DNA of 50,046 nt from a virus (taxonomy: Duplodnaviria > Caudoviricetes), in IMG/VR virus record IMGVR_UViG_3300030376_005812, positions 1-50,046 of that record; one strand, 5' to 3'. Under the pieces are notes generated by a model. The model had not been told where the DNA came from. It searched no databases and saw only the letters and a program-made list of their open reading frames with translations. Each line of letters opens with the position of its first letter. The stretch's first letter is position 1. Made by a program: the position numbers and the translations under genes. This document shows positions 9,851 to 19,922 of the stretch, one piece after another.

Positions 9851-10942
9851 TTAGTTACCCCCGAACATTGAGGCCACATCAGCAGAGGATAGAGTTCGTT
9901 CGCCCCGCATACCTGACAGCCTATTTTCTTCACCTGCCAGTAGAGCCAAAAGTTGTGGGCTCATCTGGCGTTGACGATCAACCGCACGACTTGTCTTAAC
10001 TTGATCTAGTCCTGACTCAAGTTGTTGGTTGTACATTTGGTTTGCAAATCGTTGGTTCTGACCAGAAAGCAATTGGCTCATAGCTGCAATTTGTTCGGAA
10101 GCCAAACTATCAGATGCAGCTCTACGTTGTTTTGCTTGGGTACGACTTCGACCCACGTCTTCTGCAGCTAGTAGGGGGAGGGCAGCAAGAGCAGTAAGAG
10201 CAATGCCAAGAGGACCACCTGCCAGAGCACCAGCTCCACGAGCCAACCCAGCCATGCGCCCAACCTTGGCAACATTACTCGCAGCCTTTGCAGCCTTCGC
10301 AGCCTTTGCACCTTTGGAAACCTTCTTACCCTTCATCTTGCCAGAAGAAGACTTGGACTTGGACTTAGACTTTTCCTCTGACTTAGGGAAAACACCAACG
10401 CCCGCATCTCTCATCTGCTCAGGAGTTGGCTTCAGAGTTCCAGACTTAGGTGTTTTCTTCCTAGTCTTTTTCTTAGTTTTCTTTTGGGTAGGTTGAGGTC
10501 GGAGTGCAGGTCGTCCTCGAAGACTGCGCTTAGCAGCACGCTCTCTACCAGCAGCCACTTCCTTCTCATCAGGAAGGTTTCTCCCCCCAGCTTCCTTGTA
10601 CTCACTAGCCATCTTGCCCTGCCTGCGATCTGCACGCTTGGCTTGAGCTGCTTTTACAGCAGCTTCTTTAGGCTTAATGTTGAGTCCCAACCTATTTGCC
10701 AGCGTAGACATAGCAGCAGCTGTGTTGGCTTTTGACGTATTGCTCGGGAGATTATTAAGCGCGTCAGACCGCTTGTACCGACTCAAAAAACTTTGTCTTG
10801 CACTATGCGGAATGTTAGCAGGAGCACCGTACTGCTTTATCAGCTTCTCATAGGCAGCTTTTACTTCAGCTTGAGTAGCACTAGCAAGGTCTTTTGTTTG
10901 GCCTTTAAACTTAAGGACTCTTTGTTTTTCAGCTTCAGCCAT
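9851..10942 (-). CDS. Basic putative internal virion protein
   Basis: Lys/Ala-rich low-complexity middle (KAAKAAKAA, KSKSKSKS) followed by a Gly/Ala hydrophobic segment. Confidence 0.55.
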   Translation of the reverse strand: MAEAEKQRVLKFKGQTKDLASATQAEVKAAYEKLIKQYGAPANIPHSARQSFLSRYKRSDALNNLPSNTSKANTAAAMSTLANRLGLNIKPKEAAVKAAQAKRADRRQGKMASEYKEAGGRNLPDEKEVAAGRERAAKRSLRGRPALRPQPTQKKTKKKTRKKTPKSGTLKPTPEQMRDAGVGVFPKSEEKSKSKSKSSSGKMKGKKVSKGAKAAKAAKAASNVAKVGRMAGLARGAGALAGGPLGIALTALAALPLLAAEDVGRSRTQAKQRRAASDSLASEQIAAMSQLLSGQNQRFANQMYNQQLESGLDQVKTSRAVDRQRQMSPQLLALLAGEENRLSGMRGERTLSSADVASMFGGN

Positions 10943-11279
10943 CGGTCACCTCAATAGCAATTCCGGTGTTGTCGTTTGAGTCTACGAGGGAGCCAAGTCC
11001 CCCCACTGTAGTGTCTTCTCCCTTGAGAGCCCACACAAACACGTTCGGGGTTTCGAGTGCTTCTTCCTTGCGGAGTGTCCACAGCCACCGCCTCACCATC
11101 TTGGGTGTGACAGGCTTGTCCCAAGTAACCTCGTGGTCTTCAAGACCGAGGTCCTTGAACTTGAGCCCCTTGTCCACCGCAAGACCAAAAGCATTCTCAC
11201 CCTCGAATGTCACAGCCCCCTTGCCGAAGTCGGCAACCATCTCAGTCAGGAGCTTGGACATTTCTTTCCACTGAGCCAT
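10935..11279 (-). CDS. Hypothetical protein
   Basis: 114-aa ORF tightly packed in the structural operon. Confidence 0.7.
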   Translation of the reverse strand: MAQWKEMSKLLTEMVADFGKGAVTFEGENAFGLAVDKGLKFKDLGLEDHEVTWDKPVTPKMVRRWLWTLRKEEALETPNVFVWALKGEDTTVGGLGSLVDSNDNTGIAIEVTDG

Positions 11280-11281
11280 GA

Positions 11282-13069
11282 TCAGAAAAGACTCCTAAGA
11301 GCGTTTAGTCTTGCATCAACATTAGTTTGCTGGGCTTGAACAGCAGGGGCATCGTCAACACCGAGCAGGAGTTGGTCGAGTTCTGCAGGCAGTCCTTCAA
11401 TAACAGCCCTCTGCCTAGCCACATCAAGATCGGTTTCGGCAGCTGAATCTCTCAAACCCCTTAGCGTGGTAAATTCAGGAGGTCCTTGATCAAGATCAAG
11501 ACCTGAGACAAAAGACTCACGCGCATTGCCGAGTAGATCCTGAAGTTCAGAAATTTCATCGGGGTCCAACCGAGAAAGAATAGGGCTTTCTCGGATAGTC
11601 GTTGCAAGATCTTTGTCAGAGCCCACAAGAGAAGGAATATCAAGAGTCAAAAGGTTCTGACTTTCAAGTCCCCTTTCAATCTTGTCAATTGCTTTCATCA
11701 TTGCTCGTTGGTCATCAAGACGTTGATTTTGAAGAGATGTTCCATACTGAGTAAGTGATGATGCTACATCTCGGTATTGCTCAGCAAGAAATCTTTGCTG
11801 AGGACCCTTTGCTATATCAACATCTGCTGAGTCAGTTTCAAGATCAAGCCCCATCATAAAACCGGAACGCTCTGCTTCTCCACCAAATCCACTTGACTGC
11901 GCTGCTAGATCAGTTGACCGCTCTCTTAGCCCATCCCCAAGTTCGTTTAGGGCAGCAGCAAAAGCCACCTCGCTAACTCCCGACAGACGAACAAGCTCTG
12001 TTACATCTTGAACTGTACCATTAGCGGCAAGGGTATCAAGAGCAGCCTTCATTGCATCAGCGTTGAAATCACTACCTGCCATAGTCCTAAAAGACTTCAT
12101 GACGCTAGTTTTGAGATCTCGCATAACTTCTGCTTCGTGTGCTTCTTGAAACTCAGGGCTTTCAAGAATGCTCTGAGCACTAAAGCTTTCTCCCAACTCA
12201 GAAAAACCTAGACTAGCAACTCCAAGTTCAACGTTCTTGACGGCCAGCCCTTTGTTAATGTCCATAAACTCCCCGTCTTTAGTCTTGATGTTCCTAACAC
12301 CAAGGTTGTAAGCGTACTCAAGGAGGTTATTTCTTTGTGAGATGATGTCTGTGTCGTTAAAGATAAACAGAAGGTTTTCACCTCCTCTGACATTGTTTCT
12401 GTTAATGCCTTCAAGATTTGCTTCTGGGTCCAAAGCAAGGTCATTAGCAATAACTCTACCTACTTGGGCTCCTCGTTCAATTTGATCACCTAGTTCAGTC
12501 TGATCTTCAAGCGCACGTTCTCTAACGAACTCCATTTTTTCTTTAAGGTCAGTTTCTGTTGAGCCAATGGCAATACCTAGAATTGCAGCCTGAGCTTCAG
12601 AATCCGTCTTTTGTTCCCGGAGTTCACTTTCTCTTTTAGCTTGTTCTCTAGTAAGCTTGCCTCTTTGTACTTCTCTTTTTTTCTCAAGAGCCTTAAGTTC
12701 CAACTCGTATGCTTGGCTTGCTCTAGCCAGTTCATTTTGCTTTTTAGCTTGGTCAGCTTGGTCTTTTCTAAGAGCCATTTGCTGGCTAAACTGCTGCTGG
12801 CTTTGTGCCATTTGGTCTCGGGTAAGCTGATTGCTTGTAGCAGCTTGCTCCCGATCAAACGACATTTTCCTTTCAGCCAGCTCCTTGGTCTGTTGGAGCT
12901 GAAGAAGCTGCTGCTTTTCACGAGACTCAGCGGCAGCCTGTTGAGCTTCCTTCTGGGCCTTCAGTGATCGTTCCGTGTTGCCTGCAGCAACCGCACGATT
13001 GACAGCATCAGTTGCTTCCCCACTAACGGCGGAAACAATAGGAGAGTTGGGCTGGGGCATTCGGCTCAT
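11282..13069 (-). CDS. Putative internal virion (ejection) protein, coiled coil
   Basis: Gln/Glu/Ala-rich helical 595-aa protein downstream of the nozzle gene. Confidence 0.6.
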   Translation of the reverse strand: MSRMPQPNSPIVSAVSGEATDAVNRAVAAGNTERSLKAQKEAQQAAAESREKQQLLQLQQTKELAERKMSFDREQAATSNQLTRDQMAQSQQQFSQQMALRKDQADQAKKQNELARASQAYELELKALEKKREVQRGKLTREQAKRESELREQKTDSEAQAAILGIAIGSTETDLKEKMEFVRERALEDQTELGDQIERGAQVGRVIANDLALDPEANLEGINRNNVRGGENLLFIFNDTDIISQRNNLLEYAYNLGVRNIKTKDGEFMDINKGLAVKNVELGVASLGFSELGESFSAQSILESPEFQEAHEAEVMRDLKTSVMKSFRTMAGSDFNADAMKAALDTLAANGTVQDVTELVRLSGVSEVAFAAALNELGDGLRERSTDLAAQSSGFGGEAERSGFMMGLDLETDSADVDIAKGPQQRFLAEQYRDVASSLTQYGTSLQNQRLDDQRAMMKAIDKIERGLESQNLLTLDIPSLVGSDKDLATTIRESPILSRLDPDEISELQDLLGNARESFVSGLDLDQGPPEFTTLRGLRDSAAETDLDVARQRAVIEGLPAELDQLLLGVDDAPAVQAQQTNVDARLNALRSLF

Positions 13070-13077
13070 GGGTTACC

Positions 13078-14112
13078 TTAGACTGGGATCTGACCGGCGC
13101 GTGACCGCTGGATAAACTCTTCGCTCATCATACCGGGCTGGTTGAAGATACCCGGTGAGCTCAGCTGGAGAGCATACAGGTTTGCATACGTATCGAACTT
13201 GGACACAACTGTGTGGGGGTTGGATGCGACCATGTTGTACACGGCCTGCCTTCCATCAAACAGGTATTTGGTAGCCTCACTCAGAGCCATCTGCTCATAC
13301 TGGGATGCAGCCTGTGCCGCAGCAGTACCAAATGCAGCAGCCTGTCCGTACCCAGCCATCTTCATCTGGGATCGAGACTCATTGAATTGGTTTGACATCT
13401 GACCAAGGGCAACCTGTCGCTGCTGGTTGTTCTGGAACTGAGCTGTCTCCCGTGCAGCTTGCTGCTGCTGGGGGGTCATTCGAGTGCCGTCCGGGTTCAT
13501 TCCATTTTCAATGTACCTAGACTGAGACTCAGCATTCCGCTGCATACCGAGAGAAGCCGCTGACATCTGCTCAGCAGTTCGATCTTCGTACTCATCAAAG
13601 ACACCTTCAATGTCTTCACGGTACTGATCAGACGCAGCAATGATCCGGTCAGAACCCTTCTTAGCCTGACGCGAGTACTCTTCTGGAATCTGACTAAGCA
13701 GGTTCTCCATGTTGTCAATTTGATTTTGACGAGCCATGAAGTTCTGCTGCACAGCATCTTCAGTGTTGGCAAGGTCGGACAGAGCAGCTGCGCCCACCTG
13801 ATTCAACATGCTGCTTGGGATGTCAAGGAACGAACCCATTTGCTGGGAGTTGTAGCTTTGTCCTACTCCCCCCATCTCGATGCGGGAATCACCAAAGTTG
13901 TAGGTGTCCGCTCGTCGAGGTTGGCTGGGCTGGTTGGATCCAGACGACCCGAACGGAGCCTGCTGGTTCATTCCTGAGTAGAACCCGTCCTGCCGATTGG
14001 TGTCACCTTGACGATAACTGACCAAAGCACCCGGATTGTTCCCAAAAGCATTGTCAAAAAGACCACCATACTGGCCTCTGAATTGATTGTAGAAGTCGTT
14101 GGGCTCTGCCAT
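13078..14112 (-). CDS. Putative DNA-transfer / ejection protein
   Basis: Gln/Asn/Met/Gly-rich composition typical of podovirus pilot proteins; directly after the nozzle gene. Confidence 0.55.
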   Translation of the reverse strand: MAEPNDFYNQFRGQYGGLFDNAFGNNPGALVSYRQGDTNRQDGFYSGMNQQAPFGSSGSNQPSQPRRADTYNFGDSRIEMGGVGQSYNSQQMGSFLDIPSSMLNQVGAAALSDLANTEDAVQQNFMARQNQIDNMENLLSQIPEEYSRQAKKGSDRIIAASDQYREDIEGVFDEYEDRTAEQMSAASLGMQRNAESQSRYIENGMNPDGTRMTPQQQQAARETAQFQNNQQRQVALGQMSNQFNESRSQMKMAGYGQAAAFGTAAAQAASQYEQMALSEATKYLFDGRQAVYNMVASNPHTVVSKFDTYANLYALQLSSPGIFNQPGMMSEEFIQRSRAGQIPV

Positions 14113-17084
14113 TATGTTGCCACCTCTGCACTGTTAGTCGCAGTTATTGTACCCTTAGCCTGCAGCTGAATTAGCCTGTAGTCTACATCAGCACAGAAAA
14201 TTTCCAAAGCGGGAGATACTGAGAAAGCCTGAAAACCATGCTTTCCCTTCAGCTGTGTTTCGTTCAGGTCGTAGAACGCAGCGTAGGTATCAGGGTCTCC
14301 CTCCTTGATTGCCTCGATCACATCCCCGTCTCGGTCGATCGGCAGAGCATTGGTCTTGAAGGTAGTGCTGTCCCCCTCATACAGACCCGCCCTCCAATAT
14401 GCCGCCTTATTGGTGGCCGTATCAAGGGATCCACGCTGAGCCACATCCGAGAAGTAAGCTCCAAGAGAAGACAGGTGCTTGACCCGGAACACGTTGTTTC
14501 CGCCGGGAGGTCTCAGCTCACTGCCCGCAAAGCTGGTGACTGGAGGACCCACATATCGGAAGTACATGGGGGAGACCGAGACCATGCCCACATCAGCCCA
14601 GTTGTTAGAGACCGCTGAGATTGCTGCAAACTGGGTCGCATCAAGGAACAGGATATCGCCGCTGACCTTGATGATCTTGGCCTTCATGCCAGACAAGCCC
14701 GGAGTGATGGTAGTCCCCACCGCCCCAGCACTGGTCTTGTTGGCAGTCACATAAACGAATCCCCCCACTAGGTCCGTGCTGGTCTCTTCCTCACCCGCAG
14801 TAGTAGCCAAGGTGATGGTGCTGTTTGCCGTACTCACGGAGTTGACTGCGTGCTGGGCATTGGCACAGGTGCTCTGGAGCATCCTGACCATTGGCTTGTT
14901 GTCTTCTGTCAGGTTCTGACGCTTGTTGTCAAGAATCCAGATGCCAGCCTTGAAGTCTGTGTTGTCGGATGCGGTTCCTGTCGGGTGGTTCATCACCCAG
15001 AGAACCCGCTCCTCCAACCGAGCAGTGCTGTCGGACAGAACCGAAGTCCAGTGGCCCCGAGAACACAACGAGAACGTGGCATCATGGATCTCAGTTACCT
15101 TGCCGGTATTGAACCACAGGCAAGCAACCTGATCCAAGTCGGGATTGAACACAAAGACGCACATCTGAGTGGGGTCAAAGGACACAATCAACTTGTCCGA
15201 AGACTTGGCCCAGTCCTCCGAGATCAACTTGTCGAGCACATTGACATCGTCGATCTGGGTATTCATGTGGATGGCCTTCAAGCCCTGAGACGCAAGGTAG
15301 TACGCCATCGGACCCACAGTATCCGCAGCCCTGTGGTTCACCACCCCGAGACCCTTGTGCGCTTCCACCTGACGGAGGAATGCACCCTCCTTCATGATGT
15401 AGTACACCCGATCCCGAGAGAACCCAATCACCGCAGGACCCACAGGCAGGAACTTGTCCACCGTATTTGTCGGCATGTCCGGCACGTAACGGTTCAGTGG
15501 GGGGAACAACTCAGGAGAAAGCTCATACACGGAAGACCATCGAGTCTCCCCCAGCCCTCGATAGTTGTCGCCCGGTCTTGCCTCAATCGTCGTGCTTGCA
15601 GGCTGATCCCTGATGTTACTGACGAGCATGGTGCCTTCGTACAGCAGGGAAGAACCACCCTTGGGCATGACCTCGTCGTAGATCGACTTGTCTACGTAGA
15701 TGTCCTGATAAACCAAGGAAGTATCGTTTAGCTGGTACCAGTAGACCGCAGTTCTTGTGGTGGTACTGGAGTTGTTTGCTGACGGATCCTCAGTAGTACC
15801 GTTGGCTTCAGGCCCGTTTTCAACACCCCAAGAGTTCAGGTCGATGATTGCTTCAAGGTGGAGGATCCCCCCAATGTAGGTGCCTCCTCCATCCTGCATT
15901 CTGACTGACCGATAGACGTAAGCTTGGTTGTACTTGGTTGCGTCGTATCGAATGTCCAGACCAAGGTACCGAGAGTTGTTACTCGGGAAGTCTTCCTTCT
16001 TTGCCTCACACACCTGAGACAGTGCTGATCGTCTGTTCGTTCTGGTGTCAAACAAGTAGTAGGCAAACGAGTAATCGCCATACTCAAACAGGTGGGCATC
16101 AGCGTTTACTGTGTCTGCTGGATCACCCGTCGAACTATTAAAGTAAGAAGGGTTAGTATCTACGTTTCCGTAGTTAATGTCCTCAAGATCAGATTCAGTT
16201 GTGGCAACAATCCTTGCAATAGCAGGAAAGTCACTGTCCGTAGCCCTGTACAGAGTATTAGCTACTCCGTCTGCTTCCTCTCCAATGTGAATAAGAGCAA
16301 GGTTAGTTCCGCCCAAGTCGTCAGGGGGAGCTACTCCGATGACGTTGAGGTCCTTCTTGAGTTTGGGCTGCTTACCCGGACCTACTTGGGGATCTGCAGT
16401 TCGAGCACCAATTGTCTTGGGGTCAAAGTTTGCATTGTCATCAACGTAGAAAAGAACCGGGTTATGGCCTTCGCAGAAGATGTACACGAATCTGCCCCAC
16501 ACAGAGACGGACATCTTCCGGTCAGCGGGGAACCTATCAGTAAGAAACAGAGTGTTGTTGCTGTCTGAAGGATCGCCCACAGGAGCACTCGTAGGAGTGT
16601 CGATATCGCTTGGGCCATCACCTACGTCAATGGTTCCTGTCGAGTCCGAGATAATAGTCGGTGCATTCTGAGCAGTATTTCCGGGCGTAAACCAACGGCC
16701 TTTTCTCCCCCCAGCACCCGCGAGGCTGTTGAAGTACTCGATGCAGACTGTGGTGTTCTTGCCCGTCTGCTGAACCCGATAGACGTAACCGTAACAGTAG
16801 CCCTCGTCGCCCGAGCTGTTGTTGACTCGGAAGGTAACAGGAAAGAAGTCGATTACTTCTGCGCTTGAGTCGTACTGGTAGAGAGTTGACACCCCACTGG
16901 TGAGGTAGAAGTCGAAGTCTCTGACCTTTCGGAAACCAGCCAAGGGGCGCAAGCCCCCCTCGACTGACCCATCCGCCCCAACAAGCTCAAACGCCCGGTC
17001 AAACCGGGTGGAGCTACGGGGGCGACTTTTATCTTCAGATGTTGAAGTAGTCGCGTATGTCCACTGAGTTGATTTTCTATTCAT
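14112..17084 (-). CDS. Tail nozzle / tail tubular protein B-like (beta-propeller)
   Basis: 990 aa beta-rich; N-terminal GGLRPLAGF and later RWS..SPELFP and HKGLGVVNHRA segments resemble P22 gp10 / T7 gp12-type proteins; genomic position fits. Confidence 0.65.
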   Translation of the reverse strand: MNRKSTQWTYATTSTSEDKSRPRSSTRFDRAFELVGADGSVEGGLRPLAGFRKVRDFDFYLTSGVSTLYQYDSSAEVIDFFPVTFRVNNSSGDEGYCYGYVYRVQQTGKNTTVCIEYFNSLAGAGGRKGRWFTPGNTAQNAPTIISDSTGTIDVGDGPSDIDTPTSAPVGDPSDSNNTLFLTDRFPADRKMSVSVWGRFVYIFCEGHNPVLFYVDDNANFDPKTIGARTADPQVGPGKQPKLKKDLNVIGVAPPDDLGGTNLALIHIGEEADGVANTLYRATDSDFPAIARIVATTESDLEDINYGNVDTNPSYFNSSTGDPADTVNADAHLFEYGDYSFAYYLFDTRTNRRSALSQVCEAKKEDFPSNNSRYLGLDIRYDATKYNQAYVYRSVRMQDGGGTYIGGILHLEAIIDLNSWGVENGPEANGTTEDPSANNSSTTTRTAVYWYQLNDTSLVYQDIYVDKSIYDEVMPKGGSSLLYEGTMLVSNIRDQPASTTIEARPGDNYRGLGETRWSSVYELSPELFPPLNRYVPDMPTNTVDKFLPVGPAVIGFSRDRVYYIMKEGAFLRQVEAHKGLGVVNHRAADTVGPMAYYLASQGLKAIHMNTQIDDVNVLDKLISEDWAKSSDKLIVSFDPTQMCVFVFNPDLDQVACLWFNTGKVTEIHDATFSLCSRGHWTSVLSDSTARLEERVLWVMNHPTGTASDNTDFKAGIWILDNKRQNLTEDNKPMVRMLQSTCANAQHAVNSVSTANSTITLATTAGEEETSTDLVGGFVYVTANKTSAGAVGTTITPGLSGMKAKIIKVSGDILFLDATQFAAISAVSNNWADVGMVSVSPMYFRYVGPPVTSFAGSELRPPGGNNVFRVKHLSSLGAYFSDVAQRGSLDTATNKAAYWRAGLYEGDSTTFKTNALPIDRDGDVIEAIKEGDPDTYAAFYDLNETQLKGKHGFQAFSVSPALEIFCADVDYRLIQLQAKGTITATNSAEVAT

Positions 17085-17092
17085 GGTCTAAC

Positions 17093-17368
17093 CTACTTCA
17101 GCACCTTGATGGGGCTTCTGAGTCGAATCCGGTTCCAACGAGTCTTGCGGCCCTTGCAGCCACAGTCCTTCTTCGTCTTCTTGCTGATCTTGGATACGAC
17201 CAGCTTGATACCAGTGTACTTGGTAAATGTCTCAACCAAGTCCCCAAGTCCAACACTTCCGCATTGAGTGCAGCGTGACCCCGGAACGTACTGAGGTTGC
17301 TCGGGAATCTCAGGATTGGGAAGGTCTCTTGGGTTGAAGTCTTCTTCGATAAAGTTAGGAATGCTCAT
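17093..17368 (-). CDS. Small Cys-containing phage protein (GLGD...CGC..R family)
   Basis: CTQC, GLGDLVETFTKYTGI and DCGCKGRKTRWN motifs. Confidence 0.7.
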   Translation of the reverse strand: MSIPNFIEEDFNPRDLPNPEIPEQPQYVPGSRCTQCGSVGLGDLVETFTKYTGIKLVVSKISKKTKKDCGCKGRKTRWNRIRLRSPIKVLK

Positions 17369-18786
17369 GGGGGTGGTATCTCCGTCCAGTCCGCCGTGTC
17401 TGTAGAAACAAAGAAGCTACCAAAGTCTCCAGCGTTAGGTGTTATTTCTACCTGAGCAAAATCACCGTTAGCCAGTTCGAGACCTCCGGGAGCCACTATA
17501 TAAACCCGTGCAGGCACAAAGTTGATCCCAGTAGGAGTAGGAAATCCTTCGTAAAAAACCTTTACCTTGTACTGGTACCTAACAGTAAGTCGGTCAGCAT
17601 CAAAAAGAACTTGGTTGTTTGCGTTTCCAGCTTTGTAGACTTTTCCTTCGGAAGGAACACAACCACCACCGCCGCCATCAACAACAACCTCAAGGTTTTC
17701 AATGTCGTAGTTGTCAGATACTTCAAACTCAATAGACATAAGCGTCTTGCCTGAGCTTGCCGCTATGGGGATGGGGTTTGTTTGGTTAGCGGGGTACTGG
17801 AAAAAGTCTGCAGTTATCCCCTCAAACCCAAAAGTGGTCTGTCCATTTTCGTAAAGAGTGTCGGCACAAAACAACTCCACATCAGGAATGTTTGACAGAC
17901 TGCTTGCAGGACAATTGTTTTCTTGAGCGTGGCAAGGACCACGTAAAGCTTCTGGTGTGTCGGGGCCAGTAGAACAACACAACTGATCTACCTCTATAGG
18001 TTCTCCCGGAAATCCCCCTCGAAAATCTCTACAGGTACCCCCAGAAGGACCATAAACACTAAGAGATCCTGAAACTCCAGCTGTTCCTGTCCACCTAAAC
18101 AGAATAGGAACGCAACCTGAAACCGTAGATTGGTTAAATCGCCTAACCGCTGCTGTTCCTTTTCCGCACAGAAGAGGACAACACCCATCTGTGTCGAGTG
18201 TGCAGCCTTCAGTAGAGCAGCCGCCTCCACTACCGCACCGAAAACCTATTGTACCCCACAAACAACCGCCGCCTACGCCACAATCACCTTGGTCTGAAAG
18301 ACAACAATCACAGTTGTACCTCTCATTCGCGCAATCGTTAGCACAAGTGTCCCCTGAGCAGTTGCAAGAGACATTGCAGTTTACAAAGCCTCCTTCTTGA
18401 AGGACTTTGATTCCTATTAGGTAGCTGAAATCTCTGTATCCATCTTCAAGAGACCAATTACAAATCCCATTCTGTTCACCCTGAACCCAACCAAGATCAT
18501 CGCCCGGAACACCCGGAAAAATCTGAGAAGGACAGCCATTGCATTCGTCTAACCGGAGTTCTCCGCCACCACACTGAGGGCCCCCTAATTCCTTATCGCA
18601 ATAAAAAGCAGTTGTGATGCTCGTAATGTTTCCCACTAACCCAATGGGAATTTGAAACGAAGCCTCTACGGGCTTTACCCAAATCTGCGACCCGCTGTAC
18701 CCTTCTTTGGGGGGAGGCGGAGGCCAATTGCAAACTCCAGTGTCTTCATTAGCAGGCTTGTTGCAGCAGCAAACTTGATGGGTCAT
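17365..18786 (-). CDS. Cys/Gly-rich putative virion surface protein
   Basis: About 33 Cys in 473 aa with N-terminal VCCC; ATGA-coupled to both neighbours. Confidence 0.7.
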   Translation of the reverse strand: MTHQVCCCNKPANEDTGVCNWPPPPPKEGYSGSQIWVKPVEASFQIPIGLVGNITSITTAFYCDKELGGPQCGGGELRLDECNGCPSQIFPGVPGDDLGWVQGEQNGICNWSLEDGYRDFSYLIGIKVLQEGGFVNCNVSCNCSGDTCANDCANERYNCDCCLSDQGDCGVGGGCLWGTIGFRCGSGGGCSTEGCTLDTDGCCPLLCGKGTAAVRRFNQSTVSGCVPILFRWTGTAGVSGSLSVYGPSGGTCRDFRGGFPGEPIEVDQLCCSTGPDTPEALRGPCHAQENNCPASSLSNIPDVELFCADTLYENGQTTFGFEGITADFFQYPANQTNPIPIAASSGKTLMSIEFEVSDNYDIENLEVVVDGGGGGCVPSEGKVYKAGNANNQVLFDADRLTVRYQYKVKVFYEGFPTPTGINFVPARVYIVAPGGLELANGDFAQVEITPNAGDFGSFFVSTDTADWTEIPPP

Positions 18787-19922
18787 CCGTCACAGACTCC
18801 ATCATGGGCAATCTGCATCTGGAACCAACACTGAGGCACAGTCTTGTCTGCTCCGTCAGGAAGGTAATCAGCCAGTGTCTTGTCCTTGTCCCACCACAAA
18901 AACACCATTGGAGAGTAAGCACTTATCGTTGTGGTGCCACTTGAGTGGGGAAATTCAGTTGAGTCAAACGCCCTTGGCGCAAAGTCAGCAGGGTAGTTAG
19001 TGGTAGCCTTTGCACTAATGTCCACTCCCCCCACGAAAAACTCTTGGGTTGTAGATGCTCTTCTGGTGTTGTAAGTGCTGGTAAGGACTGGGACTTCTGC
19101 CAAGTTGTAAGCGTACACGTCTCCTGTGCCGGGACTATCCCCCGACGTATTGCTTGTAGCCGGAATGTCTCCCGCTCGACGTTGGAAAAGGTAGGCAAAC
19201 CGATTCTTTTCTACTGAGCGGTATCCTGTAATGGAAGCTACGCCAAAGTAGAGACGAACGTCCTTTTCTTCGTCATCGTCAGCAGTGTTGCCGATTTTGA
19301 GAAGGTTGCCTGTTTGAGCTGTCTGGGCGTACTGAGCTTTTACTTGGAACTCAGTTGATGTGGTGGTCACATCAATCGTGTTGTTCTTAGCAGTGACTGA
19401 CCTGACTGACGTATCGTTTACCGTAAGGTTAATGGTGTTGTTGTCAGAACTTGAAGCAACGGTAAGGCGGGAAGTATCGGTACTTTGAATTGTTTTGACT
19501 ACAGCTTCTTCGCCCTCCCCTGCTGCCGTTTTAAGGATGGCCTGACCCGCACCCCCAGAAGTGGCTACGCTAATGACACCGCGCTGGTCGGAGCTACCTC
19601 CGATGAGGCCACCCTCTTCAAGAGTCTCGACCGGGTCCATACCGACCGGGACTGGATTACCACTACCGCCGCTGGGGGTGGGGATGGTCAGCTGGAATGA
19701 AGGCCAAGGAGTACCCTGATTGATGCTGGGGTAACCACCCGCCATTGAAACAGGACCGTTGTAGATGCCCGGTGCGTTGTCAGGAAACCTGCCCGGAAAC
19801 CTGATCTTCTGCCCCCAAAAGTCAGAGAGCCTACCACCAAGAGTAGGGCTCAAGCCTGACTGATTCCAAGGAGGTTCCTGAGAGGAACTTACTGGAGTTG
19901 GAAACAGAGCACCGTCGTACAT
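18783..19922 (-). CDS. Putative tail / fibre-associated structural protein
   Basis: Pro/Gly-rich N-terminus followed by Thr/Ser/Val beta repeats; lies in the tail module. Confidence 0.55.
   Translation of the reverse strand: MYDGALFPTPVSSSQEPPWNQSGLSPTLGGRLSDFWGQKIRFPGRFPDNAPGIYNGPVSMAGGYPSINQGTPWPSFQLTIPTPSGGSGNPVPVGMDPVETLEEGGLIGGSSDQRGVISVATSGGAGQAILKTAAGEGEEAVVKTIQSTDTSRLTVASSSDNNTINLTVNDTSVRSVTAKNNTIDVTTTSTEFQVKAQYAQTAQTGNLLKIGNTADDDEEKDVRLYFGVASITGYRSVEKNRFAYLFQRRAGDIPATSNTSGDSPGTGDVYAYNLAEVPVLTSTYNTRRASTTQEFFVGGVDISAKATTNYPADFAPRAFDSTEFPHSSGTTTISAYSPMVFLWWDKDKTLADYLPDGADKTVPQCWFQMQIAHDGVCDG

Noticed and set aside
14850-15731. Long antisense ORFs (also 5991..6710, 26381..27136, 29416..30111, 40183..40923)
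   Set aside because: They are codon-aligned antisense shadows of well-supported genes, rich in Val/His/Leu, with no motifs or RBS.
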